Below are positions 1 to 11,400 of a stretch of 26,974 nucleotides of DNA, piece by piece (positions within the stretch are counted from its first letter, which is position 1; each line of letters starts with the position of its first letter). Both the position numbers and the translations under genes were made by a program. The stretch is from Erysipelotrichaceae bacterium (lineage in GTDB: Bacteria; Bacillota_I; Bacilli_A; Erysipelotrichales; Erysipelotrichaceae). The stretch spans positions 1 to 26,974 of the forward strand of contig CAVDLK010000001.1 of the NCBI GenBank assembly GCA_963609745.1, read 5' to 3'. The notes beneath the pieces were generated by a model. The model was not told where the DNA came from. It did not search any database and saw only the letters and a program-made list of their open reading frames with translations.

Positions 1-924
1 TTATCTGGCAGTATAACAATTGGCGAAATAAGTGTCTTTCTAAATTATGCTTCAAGTTATGGTAAACCATTTAATGAAATATCTTCAGTAATTGGTGAGT
101 TACAAAATTCATTAAATTGTGCAGCTCATATTTTTGAACTTTTAGATGAAAAAGAGGAAATTGAAGATAAAGATATTATTAACTTTAAGGCAAAGGGTGA
201 TGTAAGTTTTAATAATATTAGTTTTGGTTATACTAAGGATAGAATTTTATTTAAGGATTTCTCTTTAGATGTTAGAAGTGGCCAACATATCGCAATTGTT
301 GGACCTACTGGTGCTGGTAAGACTTCTTTAATTAATTTAATAATGCGTTTCTATGATGTAAATGATGGTTCTATCACTATTGATGATATAGATATTAGAA
401 ATTTGAATCGTTATGATTTAAGAAAAAATTGTGGTATGGTCTTACAAGAAACATGGTTAAAATCTGGGACAATAAAGCAAAATATTGCTTATGGTAATGT
501 TAATGCTAGTGATGAACAGATTATTGAGGCTGCTAAGAAGGCTCATGCCCATAACTTTATTATGCGTTTACCTAATGGTTATGATACCTATATTAATGAA
601 AATGGTTCATTATTATCACAGGGTGAAAAACAATTATTATGTATTGCTAGAGTGATGCTTAATTCACCAAGTATTTTAATATTAGATGAGGCTACATCTT
701 CTATTGATACTAGAACAGAGATTAATATTCAAAAGGCTTTCTATAAGATGATGAAGGGTAAAACTAGTTTTATAGTTGCCCATCGTTTATCAACTATTAG
801 GGATGCTGATATTATCTTGGTAATGGATAATGGTGATATTAAGGAATCAGGAAGTCATGAGGAGTTATTAAAGAAGAAGGGTTTCTATTATAATCTCTAT
901 CATTCACAATTTAAGAATGTTTAA
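1..924 (+). CDS. ABC transporter permease/ATP-binding fusion (MdlB/MsbA-type exporter), 5'-truncated by the window
   Basis: Frame is open from base 1 (LSGSITIGEISVFLNY...). It has Walker A GPTGAGKT, signature LSQGEKQ, Walker B ILILDEATS and H-loop VAHRLST. The listed ORF at 343 starts at an internal Met. Confidence 0.95.
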   Translation, partial: LSGSITIGEISVFLNYASSYGKPFNEISSVIGELQNSLNCAAHIFELLDEKEEIEDKDIINFKAKGDVSFNNISFGYTKDRILFKDFSLDVRSGQHIAIVGPTGAGKTSLINLIMRFYDVNDGSITIDDIDIRNLNRYDLRKNCGMVLQETWLKSGTIKQNIAYGNVNASDEQIIEAAKKAHAHNFIMRLPNGYDTYINENGSLLSQGEKQLLCIARVMLNSPSILILDEATSSIDTRTEINIQKAFYKMMKGKTSFIVAHRLSTIRDADIILVMDNGDIKESGSHEELLKKKGFYYNLYHSQFKNV

Positions 925-946
925 GGTCCTATGGACCTTTTTCTTT
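923..946 (+). terminator. Intrinsic terminator after the ABC transporter
   Basis: AAGGTCC-TAT-GGACCTT followed by a T-rich tract. Confidence 0.75.
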
Positions 947-947
947 A

Positions 948-1078
948 CAAGAATTAACTTCAACAGGTGATGTTATTACTACTGTTGCCACAATCCAAAT
1001 GCTATAGGTTATGCACCTTTAGCTTCAGTTAAAAATACTGTAAAGACTTTAATAATTAACGGTATAGTTCCAATTGAA
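948..1078 (+). pseudogene. pstS: Frameshifted internal fragment of a PstS-like phosphate-binding protein
   Basis: 948-989 reads QELTSTGDVITTVA. After a frameshift at ~990, 992 onward reads NPNAIGYAPLASVKNTVKTLIINGIVP, matching the clostridial PstS segment QELTSTGDVITTV.xNPNAIGYASL.SV...VK.L...G. No start codon. Confidence 0.75.
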
Positions 1079-1715
1079 GGTGGTAATTGTGGAAAGACTT
1101 ATAAAAGAACAATTTAAAGGTATTAATAATATAGAAGTTGTTGAATCTATTATGAATAATAATAACGGATATATTACTTCAAAGTATCTGGACGCTATTG
1201 GAATACATAGAATGTATCTAAATATAATGCAAAAAAATGGCCTTATAGAAAAAGTTGCTTCTGGTATTTATATGGATGTTAATAAAGTTGAAGATAGTTA
1301 TTATACTTTTAGTCTAAGCATGCCTAATACAATTTTTTCGCATATGACCGCCCTTTATTTTCATGGGCTTTCTATTAAAGCTCCAAATGATAGATACGAT
1401 ATTACTATTAGAAAAAACTATAATAATGTACATCTAAAAAATCACGAAGTATTTTATGTATCAAATGATATATATGAGCTAGGCCTTAGCGAAGTAAAAA
1501 CACCTATGGGGAATAAAGTAAGAGCTTATGATGTTGAACGATGCATATGTGATATTATCAAGTCTAAAAAAAGAATGGATTCAGAACTTGTTAAATATTC
1601 AATCAAAGCATTTCTTAAGGATAAAGATAAAGATCTACTTAAACTATCAAATTATGCTGAAAAAATGGGAATAAAAGAAGAAGTAATGAATTATATAGAG
1701 GTTTTCTATGAATAG
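1074..1715 (+). CDS. abiEi: Type IV toxin-antitoxin AbiEi-family antitoxin (wHTH transcriptional regulator)
   Basis: NNGYITS..L...GI, EKVASGIY, FSHMTALYFHGLS and YDVERCICD motifs; overlaps the toxin start (ATGAATAG). Start uncertain (TTG 1074, ATT 1122 or ATG 1152). Confidence 0.85.
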   Translation: MKVVIVERLIKEQFKGINNIEVVESIMNNNNGYITSKYLDAIGIHRMYLNIMQKNGLIEKVASGIYMDVNKVEDSYYTFSLSMPNTIFSHMTALYFHGLSIKAPNDRYDITIRKNYNNVHLKNHEVFYVSNDIYELGLSEVKTPMGNKVRAYDVERCICDIIKSKKRMDSELVKYSIKAFLKDKDKDLLKLSNYAEKMGIKEEVMNYIEVFYE

Positions 1716-2530
1716 TAGGCAATTAAAAGACAGATTAAAGAATGTTTCCAAAGAGAAAAACGTAGATTTTACACACTGCTTAGACTTTATATGTATGATA
1801 GGTTTATAGAAAGGCTTTTATTAAGTAAATATAAAAATAATTTCATTCTAAAAGGCGGTTTTATTTAAGTGTATTATTTGGAGTTGAGAATAGAACTACC
1901 ATGGATATTGATACTGCTTTTAGAAATGCTGATTTTAATGAGGAAACAGTAGTTAGAATGATTAAAGAAATAATATCCATAGAAATAGATGATAATACTA
2001 GTCTTAATTATTTAGGAATATCTCCAATAAGAGACGAAGATGAATATGGTGGTTTTAGAGTTGATATCCAAGTTAACATAGAGAATATTAGAGAAAAATT
2101 TCGTATTGATATAGCAACAGGAGACCCTATTACTCCTAAAGAAATAAGTTACCAATATAAGCCAATTCTAAGTGAAAACTATGTAAAACTTTGGGCATAT
2201 AATATAGAAACTGTATTGGCTGAAAAAATAGAAACAATTTTAAGTAGAGTAGAATTAAATGGAAGAATGAGAGATTTCTATGATGTTTATTTAATTTATA
2301 CAAAAGATTGGAACTGTGTTAACTTAGATCATTTTAAAGAAGCAATTGAAGTAACATTTAATAAAAGGGGATATTCCGGTAATCCGATGTTGACTTTAAA
2401 TTTGATTATGGACAGTAGTGTTCTTAAAGAAAGATGGAAGAGTTATCAAAAGAAATACAATTATGCAAGCAATATAGAATTCGAAGAAATAATAGTTTGC
2501 TTAAAGAAAATTATTAATGAAGTTATGTAA
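1708..2530 (+). pseudogene. abiEii: AbiEii/AbiGii nucleotidyltransferase toxin interrupted by two -1 frameshifts
   Basis: ATG 1708 reads MNSRQLKDRLKNVSKEKNVDF, then a shift at ~1771, TLLRLYMYDRFIERL...FILKGG, then a shift at ~1860, YLSVLFGVENRTTMDID..., joining ORF 1901-2530 (DIATGDPITP, ETVLAEK, RMRDFYD). The first frame stops at 1807-1809. Confidence 0.85.
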
Positions 2531-2570
2531 AAATTTAGTGACGAAATAGTACAAAAATAACCCAAAATTA

Positions 2571-2599
2571 TTGAATTGTGGCTTGAAATGAGGTACCAT
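2571..2599 (+). promoter_or_regulatory. Putative sigma-A promoter of the rplJL-rpoBC region
   Basis: TTGAAT-17 bp-TACCAT just upstream of the L10 leader. Confidence 0.45.
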
Positions 2600-2614
2600 A
2601 GTAAAGCATCGATA

Positions 2615-2711
2615 TACCATAGACAGTAACGGGTTTATCCTTAATAATGTTACCGAGGTTGAGAAGATTGTTTTTTCAAGGCCTGTCTATGTATAGATAG
2701 GCCTTTATTTT
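2615..2711 (+). promoter_or_regulatory. Ribosomal protein L10 leader (autoregulatory attenuator)
   Basis: AGACAGTA...TTAAT...TTACCGAGG core, then hairpin AAGGCCTGTCTAT-GT-ATAGATAGGCCTT with a T tract, directly upstream of rplJ. Confidence 0.85.
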
Positions 2712-2741
2712 ATGTGTATATGGGTGTTAGAAAGAGGAAAT

Positions 2742-3293
2742 ATGAATCAAGCTGTATTAAGCGCAAAGCAAGCATTAGTTACAGAAATTTCTGATAAAAT
2801 CAAGAATTCTGATTCAACTGTTGTTTGCGAGTATCGTGGTCTTAGCGTTGCTGAAGTAACTGAATTAAGACGTAATTTAAGAGAAGAAAACGTTGAATTC
2901 AAAGTTTACAAGAACACTATGGTTGAAAGAGCATGTGAAGATTGTGGCTATGAAGCATTAAAAGATGTTCTTGCTGGTCCTAACGCATTTGCTTTCTCTA
3001 AGGATGCAACTGCTCCAGCTAGAGTATTAGCTAAGTTCGCGAAAAAACACAAAGCATTAGTACTTAAATCAGGTATCGTTGAAGGTAAGGTTGTTGATGA
3101 AAACACAATTAAAGAATTATCATTACTTCCTAACCGTGATGGTATGTTATCTATGTTACTAAGTTGCTTACAATCACCAGTTTCTTCATTCGCAAGAGTT
3201 GTAAAGGCTGTTGCTGATGCTAAGGAGGCTGGATCTAGCGCTCCAATTGAGGAGCCAAAGGCTGAAGAAGCCGCACCTGCAGAAGTTGCATAA
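2742..3293 (+). CDS. rplJ: 50S ribosomal protein L10
   Basis: EYRGLSV, KVYKNT and [11 protein letters not shown] motifs. SD AGAGGA precedes ATG 2742, so the start is moved from 2712. Confidence 0.97.
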   Translation: MNQAVLSAKQALVTEISDKIKNSDSTVVCEYRGLSVAEVTELRRNLREENVEFKVYKNTMVERACEDCGYEALKDVLAGPNAFAFSKDATAPARVLAKFAKKHKALVLKSGIVEGKVVDENTIKELSLLPNRDGMLSMLLSCLQSPVSSFARVVKAVADAKEAGSSAPIEEPKAEEAAPAEVA

Positions 3294-3316
3294 TAAAGAA
3301 AGAGGAGAAAAAAATT

Positions 3317-3685
3317 ATGGCAAAATTATCACATGATGATATCTTAGCTTACTTAGAAGAAGCAAGCATTCTAGAATTAAATGATTTAGTAAAAGCAATT
3401 GAAGAAAAGTTTGGCGTTACTGCTGCTGCACCTGTAGCTGTTGCTGCACCTGTTGAAGCTGTTGCTGAAGGTCCAACATCTGTATCAGTTATCTTAAATC
3501 ACTTTGGTGATGCAAAGACTGCTGTTATCAAAGTCGTTAAAGAAATCACTGGCCTAGGCTTAGTTGAAGCTAAGGGTTTAGTTGATAAATGTCCAAGTCC
3601 AATCAAAGAAAATATTAGTGTAGATGAAGCTGAAGAAATCAAAAAGAAACTAGTAGATGCTGGAGCATCTGTCGAAATCAAATAA
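3317..3685 (+). CDS. rplL: 50S ribosomal protein L7/L12
   Basis: [22 protein letters not shown] hinge and [25 protein letters not shown]. Confidence 0.98.
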   Translation: MAKLSHDDILAYLEEASILELNDLVKAIEEKFGVTAAAPVAVAAPVEAVAEGPTSVSVILNHFGDAKTAVIKVVKEITGLGLVEAKGLVDKCPSPIKENISVDEAEEIKKKLVDAGASVEIK

Positions 3686-3692
3686 TTAAACA

Positions 3693-4283
3693 ATGTCTCA
3701 TTATTATACAGATAATAGCAATCTTTCTAGTGATAGAAAAGAATTTGATTATTACTTTGATAATGAGGTTTTCCGTTTCACTACTGATATTGGCGTTTTT
3801 TCTAAAAAGGGCGTTGATTATGGTAGTTATATCTTAATTAAAAGTATTTATAAGTTTAATTTAGGAAACTCTTTTCTTGACTTAGGTTCAGGATATGGAC
3901 CTATTGGAATTATTATCAAGCGTTTTAATCCAAATCTTGAAGTAGAAATGGTTGATGTTAATTCTAGGGCAGTTGAGTTAGCTGAATTAAATGCAAAAAA
4001 TAACAAGACTGATATTAAGGCTTATTTATGTGAAGATATACTTGGCATCAATCATAATTTTGATACTATTGCACTTAATCCTCCCATTAGGGCAGGTAAG
4101 GTTGTAATATATAGTCTTTATGAAAAGGCTAGTATGAAACTTAATGTGGGTGGTCATCTATATATTGTGATTAGAAAGGCACAGGGGGCAAACTCTTCTA
4201 TAAGTAGGCTTGAAACACTATTTAAAACAGTTAGGGTAATTAATAAGGATAGCGGATACTATATTATTGATTGTCATAACTAA
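3693..4283 (+). CDS. ybxB: Class I SAM-dependent methyltransferase (YbxB/RsmC-like)
   Basis: MSHYY start, GVFSK..VDYGS, LDLGSGYGPIG and NPPIRAGK; same position between rplL and rpoB as in Bacillus. Confidence 0.9.
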   Translation: MSHYYTDNSNLSSDRKEFDYYFDNEVFRFTTDIGVFSKKGVDYGSYILIKSIYKFNLGNSFLDLGSGYGPIGIIIKRFNPNLEVEMVDVNSRAVELAELNAKNNKTDIKAYLCEDILGINHNFDTIALNPPIRAGKVVIYSLYEKASMKLNVGGHLYIVIRKAQGANSSISRLETLFKTVRVINKDSGYYIIDCHN

Positions 4284-4314
4284 ACTACACTAATTATTTG
4301 AAAGGACGGCGCAC

Positions 4315-7300
4315 ATGAAACAAACTTATAAAGAAGTACAATTGGGTAAGCATTCTACTCGCCGTGACTATTCCAAGGTAAGTGGCACTTTAGAGTTGCC
4401 AAACCTAGTAGAGGTACAAACAGATTCCTTCAAGTGGTTTACAACTGAAGGTATCAAGGAAGTATTTGATGATATTTATCCAATTCAAAACTATAGCGGA
4501 AACATTCGTTTAAGATTGTTAGATTATGAATTCGGTGAGCCCGAACATACTGTAGCTGAAGCGAAATACCGCGAAGAAGATTACAAGGCCAAATTAAATG
4601 CGAATATGGAACTTGAAATCGTTGATGAGGAAACTGGCGAAGTCATTACAAGAAAAGAACAAGTATTTTTAGGCGATTTTCCAATGATGACTCCTACTGG
4701 TACTTTCATTATCAATGGTGCTGAAAGAGTTATTGTTTCGCAAATTGTAAGGTCTCCTGGCGCTTACTTTGATTCTTCAAACGATGATAAGACTGGTAGG
4801 GAGAACTTTTCTGGCGAATTAATCCCATCACGTGGTACTTGGTTGGAATTCTTTACTGATGATAAGAAAAACGCTACTGGCAGATTATTAAATATGTCAG
4901 TTGATAGAAAGCGTAAGATTTTATCAACTATCTTATTAAAATGTATTGGTTTCTCTTTAAACTTGGAAAAGGGAGAAAATGCTTTTGATTTAGATAAGGT
5001 TAAGACTTTTATCAAGTCTATGGGTTTAGATGTTTATGATGATTTAATTAATCAAAATGATGATAGAGAATTCTTAAACATTTATGAAGCAATTTATACT
5101 TCTTTCCTTGGTGCGTATGAAGAAGTAGTTAATACTCTTCAATCTGATAAAACAAAGACTACTGATGCTGCATTATTAGAAATGCATAAGAACCAAAAGG
5201 CTGATGAAGTTCCTACAGTCGAAGGTGCTGCAAGTTTAATGAATGCTAAGTTCTTTGATCAAAAGAAATACGATTTAACCAAAGCTGGTAGATATAAGTT
5301 AGGAAAGAAATTGAGTGTCGTTGATCGTATAGAACATCATACATTAGCTCAAGATGTATATAAAGCAGATGGTTCTATATTATTTAAAGCTGGAACACAT
5401 ATTGAAAAAGCTGAACGTAATATCTTAAGAGAAGAATTAGCTAAAGGTGGACATGTTGAAGCATTCCCATTTAGACATTCATTCTCTCATCCTAATACTA
5501 TTGAAGTTGAAACTTCAAACAAGTTAGCTATTATTGGTAGAGTTCTAGCAAACGATATTATTACTAAGAAGATTAGTTACTACATCGGTACAGTTTTAAC
5601 TGCTAAGGATGTAGATATTATTGCTAAGGAAGTTGATAAGATTAGAGTTTATTCTTCTATTAGTGCAACCGAGGTTGAACTAAATAAGGATAACTTTGAT
5701 TCTATTATGGATTATGGTCAAAGATTATTTGTATTAGCGAGATTAGTTGATACAGATAATAAGGACATTATGGTTGATGATGAACAAGCTATGCCATATT
5801 ACATTCCTGATGCTGATTCTTATATGTTAATGATTGACAAAGAAGAAGCAATCAAACAAAGAGTAATGGCTGGTGAAAAGATGACTGCTTGGTTAGTAGG
5901 TAGTGCTTGCCAAGTTATTAAGGTTGTTCATCCAGATGATCCAAATACAACAATTAAACTAATTGGTATTGACCCATTAAATGATAAGAAGTGTATCACA
6001 ATGTCTGATATGATAGCATTCTATAACTATATGCTTACTATATTAGATGGTGTTGGTAGCACTGATGATATCGATATGTTGGGTAATAGAAGAATTAGAA
6101 CCGTTGGTGAATTAATTCAAAATCAATTCCGTATTGGTCTTTCAAGAATGGAAAAGGCTGTTAAGGAAAAGATGTCTATTACTGAAGTTGAAGTTGCAAC
6201 TCCTAAGATTTTAACTAACAATCGTCCATTGTCTGGTGCAATTAGAGAATTCTTCTCTTCTTCACAATTATCACAATTCATGGATCAACAAAATCCACTA
6301 GCAGAATTAACTAACAAGCGTCGTATATCTGCTTTAGGTCCAGGCGGTTTGACAAGAGAACGTGCTGGATTCGAAGTACGTGACGTTCATAATTCACACT
6401 ATGGTAGAATTTGTCCAATTGAGACTCCAGAAGGTCAAAACATTGGTCTAATTTCTTACTTAACTACTTACGCTAAGATTAATGAATATGGTTTTATTCA
6501 AACTCCTTATCGTAAAGTAGATAAAAAGGGTAATGTATCTGAAGATTACATCTATCTAAGTGCTGATGATGAAAATGATTATATAATTGCCCAAGCAAAT
6601 GAGGTTGTTAATGGCAAACTAGTAAATGAACAAGTAGTTGCTAGAAAAGCTGGTGAAACAATCATGGCTAATAGAGAAGATGTTGAATTAGCTGACGTTT
6701 CTCCTAAACAGATTGTATCTGTTGCTGCTGCATGTATTCCATTCCTAGAAAACGATGATGCTTCTCGTGCCTTAATGGGTGCTAACATGCAAAGACAAGC
6801 TGTTCCACTTCTAAGACCTCATGCACCTTATGTTGGTACTGGTATTGAAGCAAAGATTGCTAAGGATTCTGGTACTGGCCTAGTATGTCAACATGATGGT
6901 GTTGTAACTTATGTTGATGCTAGAAATATTACTGTTACTTCATTAGATGGTAAAAAGCATGATTATGCCTTAGAAAAATTCGCAAGATCAAATGCTGGTA
7001 CATGTATCAACCATAGACCAATCGTCTCTTTAGGCGAAGAAGTTAAGGCTGGTGATATATTAGCTGATGGTCCATCTATGGATGATGGTGAATTGGCTCT
7101 TGGCCAAAACGTTACTATTGCTTTCATGACTTGGAATGGTTATAACTACGAGGATGCCATTATCATGTCTGAGAGAATGGTAAAAGATGATGTATATACT
7201 TCAATTCATGTTGATGAATATACTATTGAAAAAAGAAAGACTAAGTTAGGTGATGAAGAAATCACTAGAGATATTCCTAACGTTCAAGAAGGCGCATGCC

Positions 7301-8469
7301 GTAACTTAAACTCTAAGGGTATAGTTATGGTTGGTGCTGAAGTTAAGGAAGGCGATATCTTAGTCGGTAAAGTTACACCTAAAGGACAATCTGATTCTTC
7401 ACCTGAAGAAAAACTATTATTAGCTATCTTTGGTGAAAAGTCACATGAAGTACGTGATAGTTCCTTAAGAGTTCCTCATGGCGGTGCTGGTATTGTTCAA
7501 GATATCAGAATCTTCAAGAGATCTGATGGCTATGATTTAGGTCCTGGTGTTACAGAAGTTGTTAAAGTATTCGTTGTTCAAAAACGTAAGATTTCTGAAG
7601 GCGATAAGATGGCTGGTAGACATGGTAATAAGGGTGTTATCTCTAAGATATTACCAATCGAAGATATGCCAATTATGCCTGATGGAACACCAATTGATAT
7701 CATGCTTAACCCATTCGGTGTACCTTCACGTATGAATATCGGACAAGTTCTAGAAATTCATCTAGGTATGGCTGCTAAGACATTAAGCGAAAAATTAGGT
7801 AAACCAGTTAAATTTGCTACACCAGTATTTGATGGTATTACCAATGAAGAATTAATTGACATCATGAAGGAAGCTCAAGTTTCTCAAGATGGTAAATTAG
7901 TTTTACGTGATGGTAGAACTGGTGAACCATATGATGAAAGAATTGCCGTTGGTGTTATGTATATGATTAAGTTAGCACACATGGTTGATGATAAGTTACA
8001 TGCTCGTGCAACTGGTCCATATTCACTAGTTACCCAACAACCATTAGGTGGTAAAGCACAAAATGGTGGCCAAAGATTTGGTGAAATGGAAGTTTGGGCA
8101 CTAGAAGCTTATGGTGCTGCACATACACTAGAAGAAATCTTGACTATTAAATCAGATGATATTAATGGTCGTACAAGAACATACGATGCAATCATTAAGG
8201 GTAAGAAGATTCCTGAACCTGGTATTCCTGAATCATTCAATGTCTTAAAGAATGAATTACAGGCTCTAGCAATTGATATTAGATTACTAGATGAAAATGG
8301 AAATGAAGTTAGCGTTTCTAGAGAAGATGAAGATAAAGAAATAGAAACAGCTAAGGATGCAAATGTAGTCGAAGATACTGAAGGCTTAACTATTAAGGAT
8401 TCATTAGAAGATGATGAAACTCCAGTTGCTGCAGCAGGCTTTGATTTAGATGATGAGGAGGAAATCTAA
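4315..8469 (+). CDS. rpoB: DNA-directed RNA polymerase subunit beta
   Basis: [36 protein letters not shown] and [17 protein letters not shown]. Confidence 0.99.
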   Translation: MKQTYKEVQLGKHSTRRDYSKVSGTLELPNLVEVQTDSFKWFTTEGIKEVFDDIYPIQNYSGNIRLRLLDYEFGEPEHTVAEAKYREEDYKAKLNANMELEIVDEETGEVITRKEQVFLGDFPMMTPTGTFIINGAERVIVSQIVRSPGAYFDSSNDDKTGRENFSGELIPSRGTWLEFFTDDKKNATGRLLNMSVDRKRKILSTILLKCIGFSLNLEKGENAFDLDKVKTFIKSMGLDVYDDLINQNDDREFLNIYEAIYTSFLGAYEEVVNTLQSDKTKTTDAALLEMHKNQKADEVPTVEGAASLMNAKFFDQKKYDLTKAGRYKLGKKLSVVDRIEHHTLAQDVYKADGSILFKAGTHIEKAERNILREELAKGGHVEAFPFRHSFSHPNTIEVETSNKLAIIGRVLANDIITKKISYYIGTVLTAKDVDIIAKEVDKIRVYSSISATEVELNKDNFDSIMDYGQRLFVLARLVDTDNKDIMVDDEQAMPYYIPDADSYMLMIDKEEAIKQRVMAGEKMTAWLVGSACQVIKVVHPDDPNTTIKLIGIDPLNDKKCITMSDMIAFYNYMLTILDGVGSTDDIDMLGNRRIRTVGELIQNQFRIGLSRMEKAVKEKMSITEVEVATPKILTNNRPLSGAIREFFSSSQLSQFMDQQNPLAELTNKRRISALGPGGLTRERAGFEVRDVHNSHYGRICPIETPEGQNIGLISYLTTYAKINEYGFIQTPYRKVDKKGNVSEDYIYLSADDENDYIIAQANEVVNGKLVNEQVVARKAGETIMANREDVELADVSPKQIVSVAAACIPFLENDDASRALMGANMQRQAVPLLRPHAPYVGTGIEAKIAKDSGTGLVCQHDGVVTYVDARNITVTSLDGKKHDYALEKFARSNAGTCINHRPIVSLGEEVKAGDILADGPSMDDGELALGQNVTIAFMTWNGYNYEDAIIMSERMVKDDVYTSIHVDEYTIEKRKTKLGDEEITRDIPNVQEGACRNLNSKGIVMVGAEVKEGDILVGKVTPKGQSDSSPEEKLLLAIFGEKSHEVRDSSLRVPHGGAGIVQDIRIFKRSDGYDLGPGVTEVVKVFVVQKRKISEGDKMAGRHGNKGVISKILPIEDMPIMPDGTPIDIMLNPFGVPSRMNIGQVLEIHLGMAAKTLSEKLGKPVKFATPVFDGITNEELIDIMKEAQVSQDGKLVLRDGRTGEPYDERIAVGVMYMIKLAHMVDDKLHARATGPYSLVTQQPLGGKAQNGGQRFGEMEVWALEAYGAAHTLEEILTIKSDDINGRTRTYDAIIKGKKIPEPGIPESFNVLKNELQALAIDIRLLDENGNEVSVSREDEDKEIETAKDANVVEDTEGLTIKDSLEDDETPVAAAGFDLDDEEEI

Positions 8470-8470
8470 G

Positions 8471-11400
8471 ATGGCAAAAAGATTTGAAGCTATTAAAGTA
8501 GGTTTAGCCTCTCCTGAGAGAATATTAGAGTGGTCTCATGGCGAAGTAACAAAACCAGAAACTATTAACTATCGTTCTCAAAAACCAGAACGTGATGGTT
8601 TATTCTGTGAAAGAATTTTTGGTCCAACTAAGGACTGGGAATGTTACTGTGGCAAATACAAGAAAGTTCGTTATAAGGGCGTAATATGTGATAGATGTGG
8701 TGTTGAAATCACAAAATCAAGTGTACGTAGAGAACGTATGGGCCATATTTCTCTTGCAGCTCCTGTTGCCCATATTTGGTACTTAAAGGGAATCCCTTCA
8801 AGAATGAGTTTTGTCTTAAATGTTCCACCAAAACAATTAGAGGAAATCGTTTATTTCGTATCTTGGATTGTAACTGATCCTGGTAATACTCCTCTAGAAT
8901 ACAAGCAAGTTTTAACTGAATTACAAGTTAGAGAAAATGAAGCTCTATATGGTAAGGATGCTTTCAAAGCACAAACTGGTGCTGAAGCAGTTAAAACGCT
9001 TTTGGAACAAGTGGATGTTGTTAAGGAAAAGAAAACATTACTTAAGGAACTTGAAAAGGCTCAAGGTGATAAACGTAAGAAACTTATCAAGAGACTTGAA
9101 ACAATCAATGCTTTCGTTGAATCTGACAACAAGCCTGAATGGATGATTCTAACAGAACTTCCAGTCATTCCACCAGATTTAAGACCAATGCTTCAACTAG
9201 ATGGTGGCAGATTCGCTACATCTGACTTAAACGATTTATATAGAAGAGTAATTACTCGTAATAATCGTTTAAAGAAATTATTAGAAATCGGTACTCCTAG
9301 TATCATCGTTCAAAATGAAAAACGTATGTTACAAGAAGCTGTCGATGCTTTAATTGATAACGGTCGTAGAGGTAATCCTGTTAAGGGTTCTGGTAATAGA
9401 CCTCTTAAGTCTTTATCACACTCTTTAAAGGGTAAACAAGGTAGATTTAGACAAAACTTACTAGGTAAGCGTGTCGACTTCTCAGGTAGATCAGTTATCG
9501 CCGTTGGACCAGATCTTAAGATGTACCAATGTGGTATCCCAAGAGAAATGGCTATCCAACTATATAAACCATTTGTAATCAATGAACTAGTAAATCAAAA
9601 GATTGCTCAGTCACCTAAATATGCTGAGAAGATGATTGATAAACTAGATCCACAGATTTGGGATGTACTAGAAGAGATTATGGATAATCATCCAGTATTC
9701 CTAAATAGAGCTCCTACTTTACATAGATTAGGTATTCAAGCATTCAAACCTAAACTAGTTGAAGGTAGAGCAATCAGATTACATCCATTAGTATGTCCTG
9801 CTTTCAATGCTGACTTTGATGGTGACCAGATGGCTGTCCATCTTCCTCTAACAGAAGAAGCTAGAGCTGAAGCAGAAATATTAATGATGGCTTCTAACAA
9901 TATCCTTGGTCCTAAGGATGGTAAACCAATCGTTACTCCATCACAAGATATGGTTCTTGGTAACTTCTATCTAAATATGGAAGAAACTGCTGAAGAATTC
10001 TATGAACAAGCTGATGCTATTGAGGCTTTAGGCGATAAGCAAAGAGCACAAGTATGGAGAACATATGGTGATAACGAAGGTCATGTTTATAAGGATGTTA
10101 ATGAAGCTTTAGTTGCTTATAATGAAAAGGTTGTCCACCTACATACTCGTATTGCTGTTCCAGCAAAATCAGTAGGTAAGACTTGCTTTACAAGTAAGCA
10201 AAATGGTATGTACCTAGTTACTACCATTGGTAAATTAATATTCAACAGTGGTTTCCCAGCAGATTTCCCTTATGTCAACTATGTTGATGGAAATTCTTTA
10301 AAGAAAACTGCAGATGATTGTTTTGTACCAATTGGAACTGATATTAAAGCATATTTCAAACAAGCTCCAGTTCATGGCGAACTAACAAAGAAAGCTTTAG
10401 GAAAAGTAATCGCTGAAGTATTCGCTAAATACAAGACTGAGGGTTCTGCACCTATCCTTGATAATATTAAGGATTTAGGTTTCAAATATTCTACAGTTGC
10501 TGGTATGACAATATCATTGTCTGATATTAATGTTGCACCAAATAAACAAAAATTCGTTGATGAAGCAAAAGCAAAAGCAGATGTATTACATAACTTATTA
10601 GAAAGAGGTCAATTAACTCTTCCTGAATGGGAAAAACATTTCTCTAAACTATGGTCTGATACAACAAATGCTATTGGTGATGATGTTATGAACAATCTAT
10701 CAAGAAAGTCACCAATATCTATGTCATTTACATCAGGTGCCCGTGGTAATAAGTCTAACTTTACACAACTTGCTGGTATGCGTGGTTTGATGGGTAGACC
10801 TACTCAATCAAAATCAAAGAAGGAATATCAACCATCAATTATTGAAGTTCCTATTTATTCTTCATTCCGTGAAGGTTTAAATATGTCAGAATTCTTTATT
10901 TCTACCCATGGTGTTAGAAAAGGATTAACTGATACTGCCTTAAAGACAGCTGAATCTGGTTACTTAACTAGAAGATTAGTTGATGTAGCTCAAGATGTCA
11001 TGATTATGGAAGAAGATTGTCATACTGACCAAGGCTATTATGTTGAAGATGTAATAGATCAAAAGAATAATACTGTTATTGAAAAATTCTATGACCGTAT
11101 TGTTGGTAGATTTGCTAAGGAACAAATCGTTGACAAGAAGGGCGAAGTTATCGTTGATGAAGATGAATTCATCGATGAAGATATCGCTGACAAGATTATA
11201 GCTGCTGGCTATAAGAAGATGTATATAAGAAATGCCTTTGTATGTAAATGCAAAGATGGTATCTGCCGTAAGTGTTATGGTAGAAACATGGCAACTGGTA
11301 AACTAGTTGAAAATGGTGAAGCTGTAGGTATTATGGCTGCTCAATCAATCGGTGAACCTGGTACTCAATTAACAATGCGTACTTTCCACTCTGGTGGTGT

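Noticed and set aside
1901..2530. ORF 1901-2530 as a complete AbiEii toxin
   Set aside because: It starts after the KGG...RTT motif; the true N-terminus lies in two other frames from 1708.
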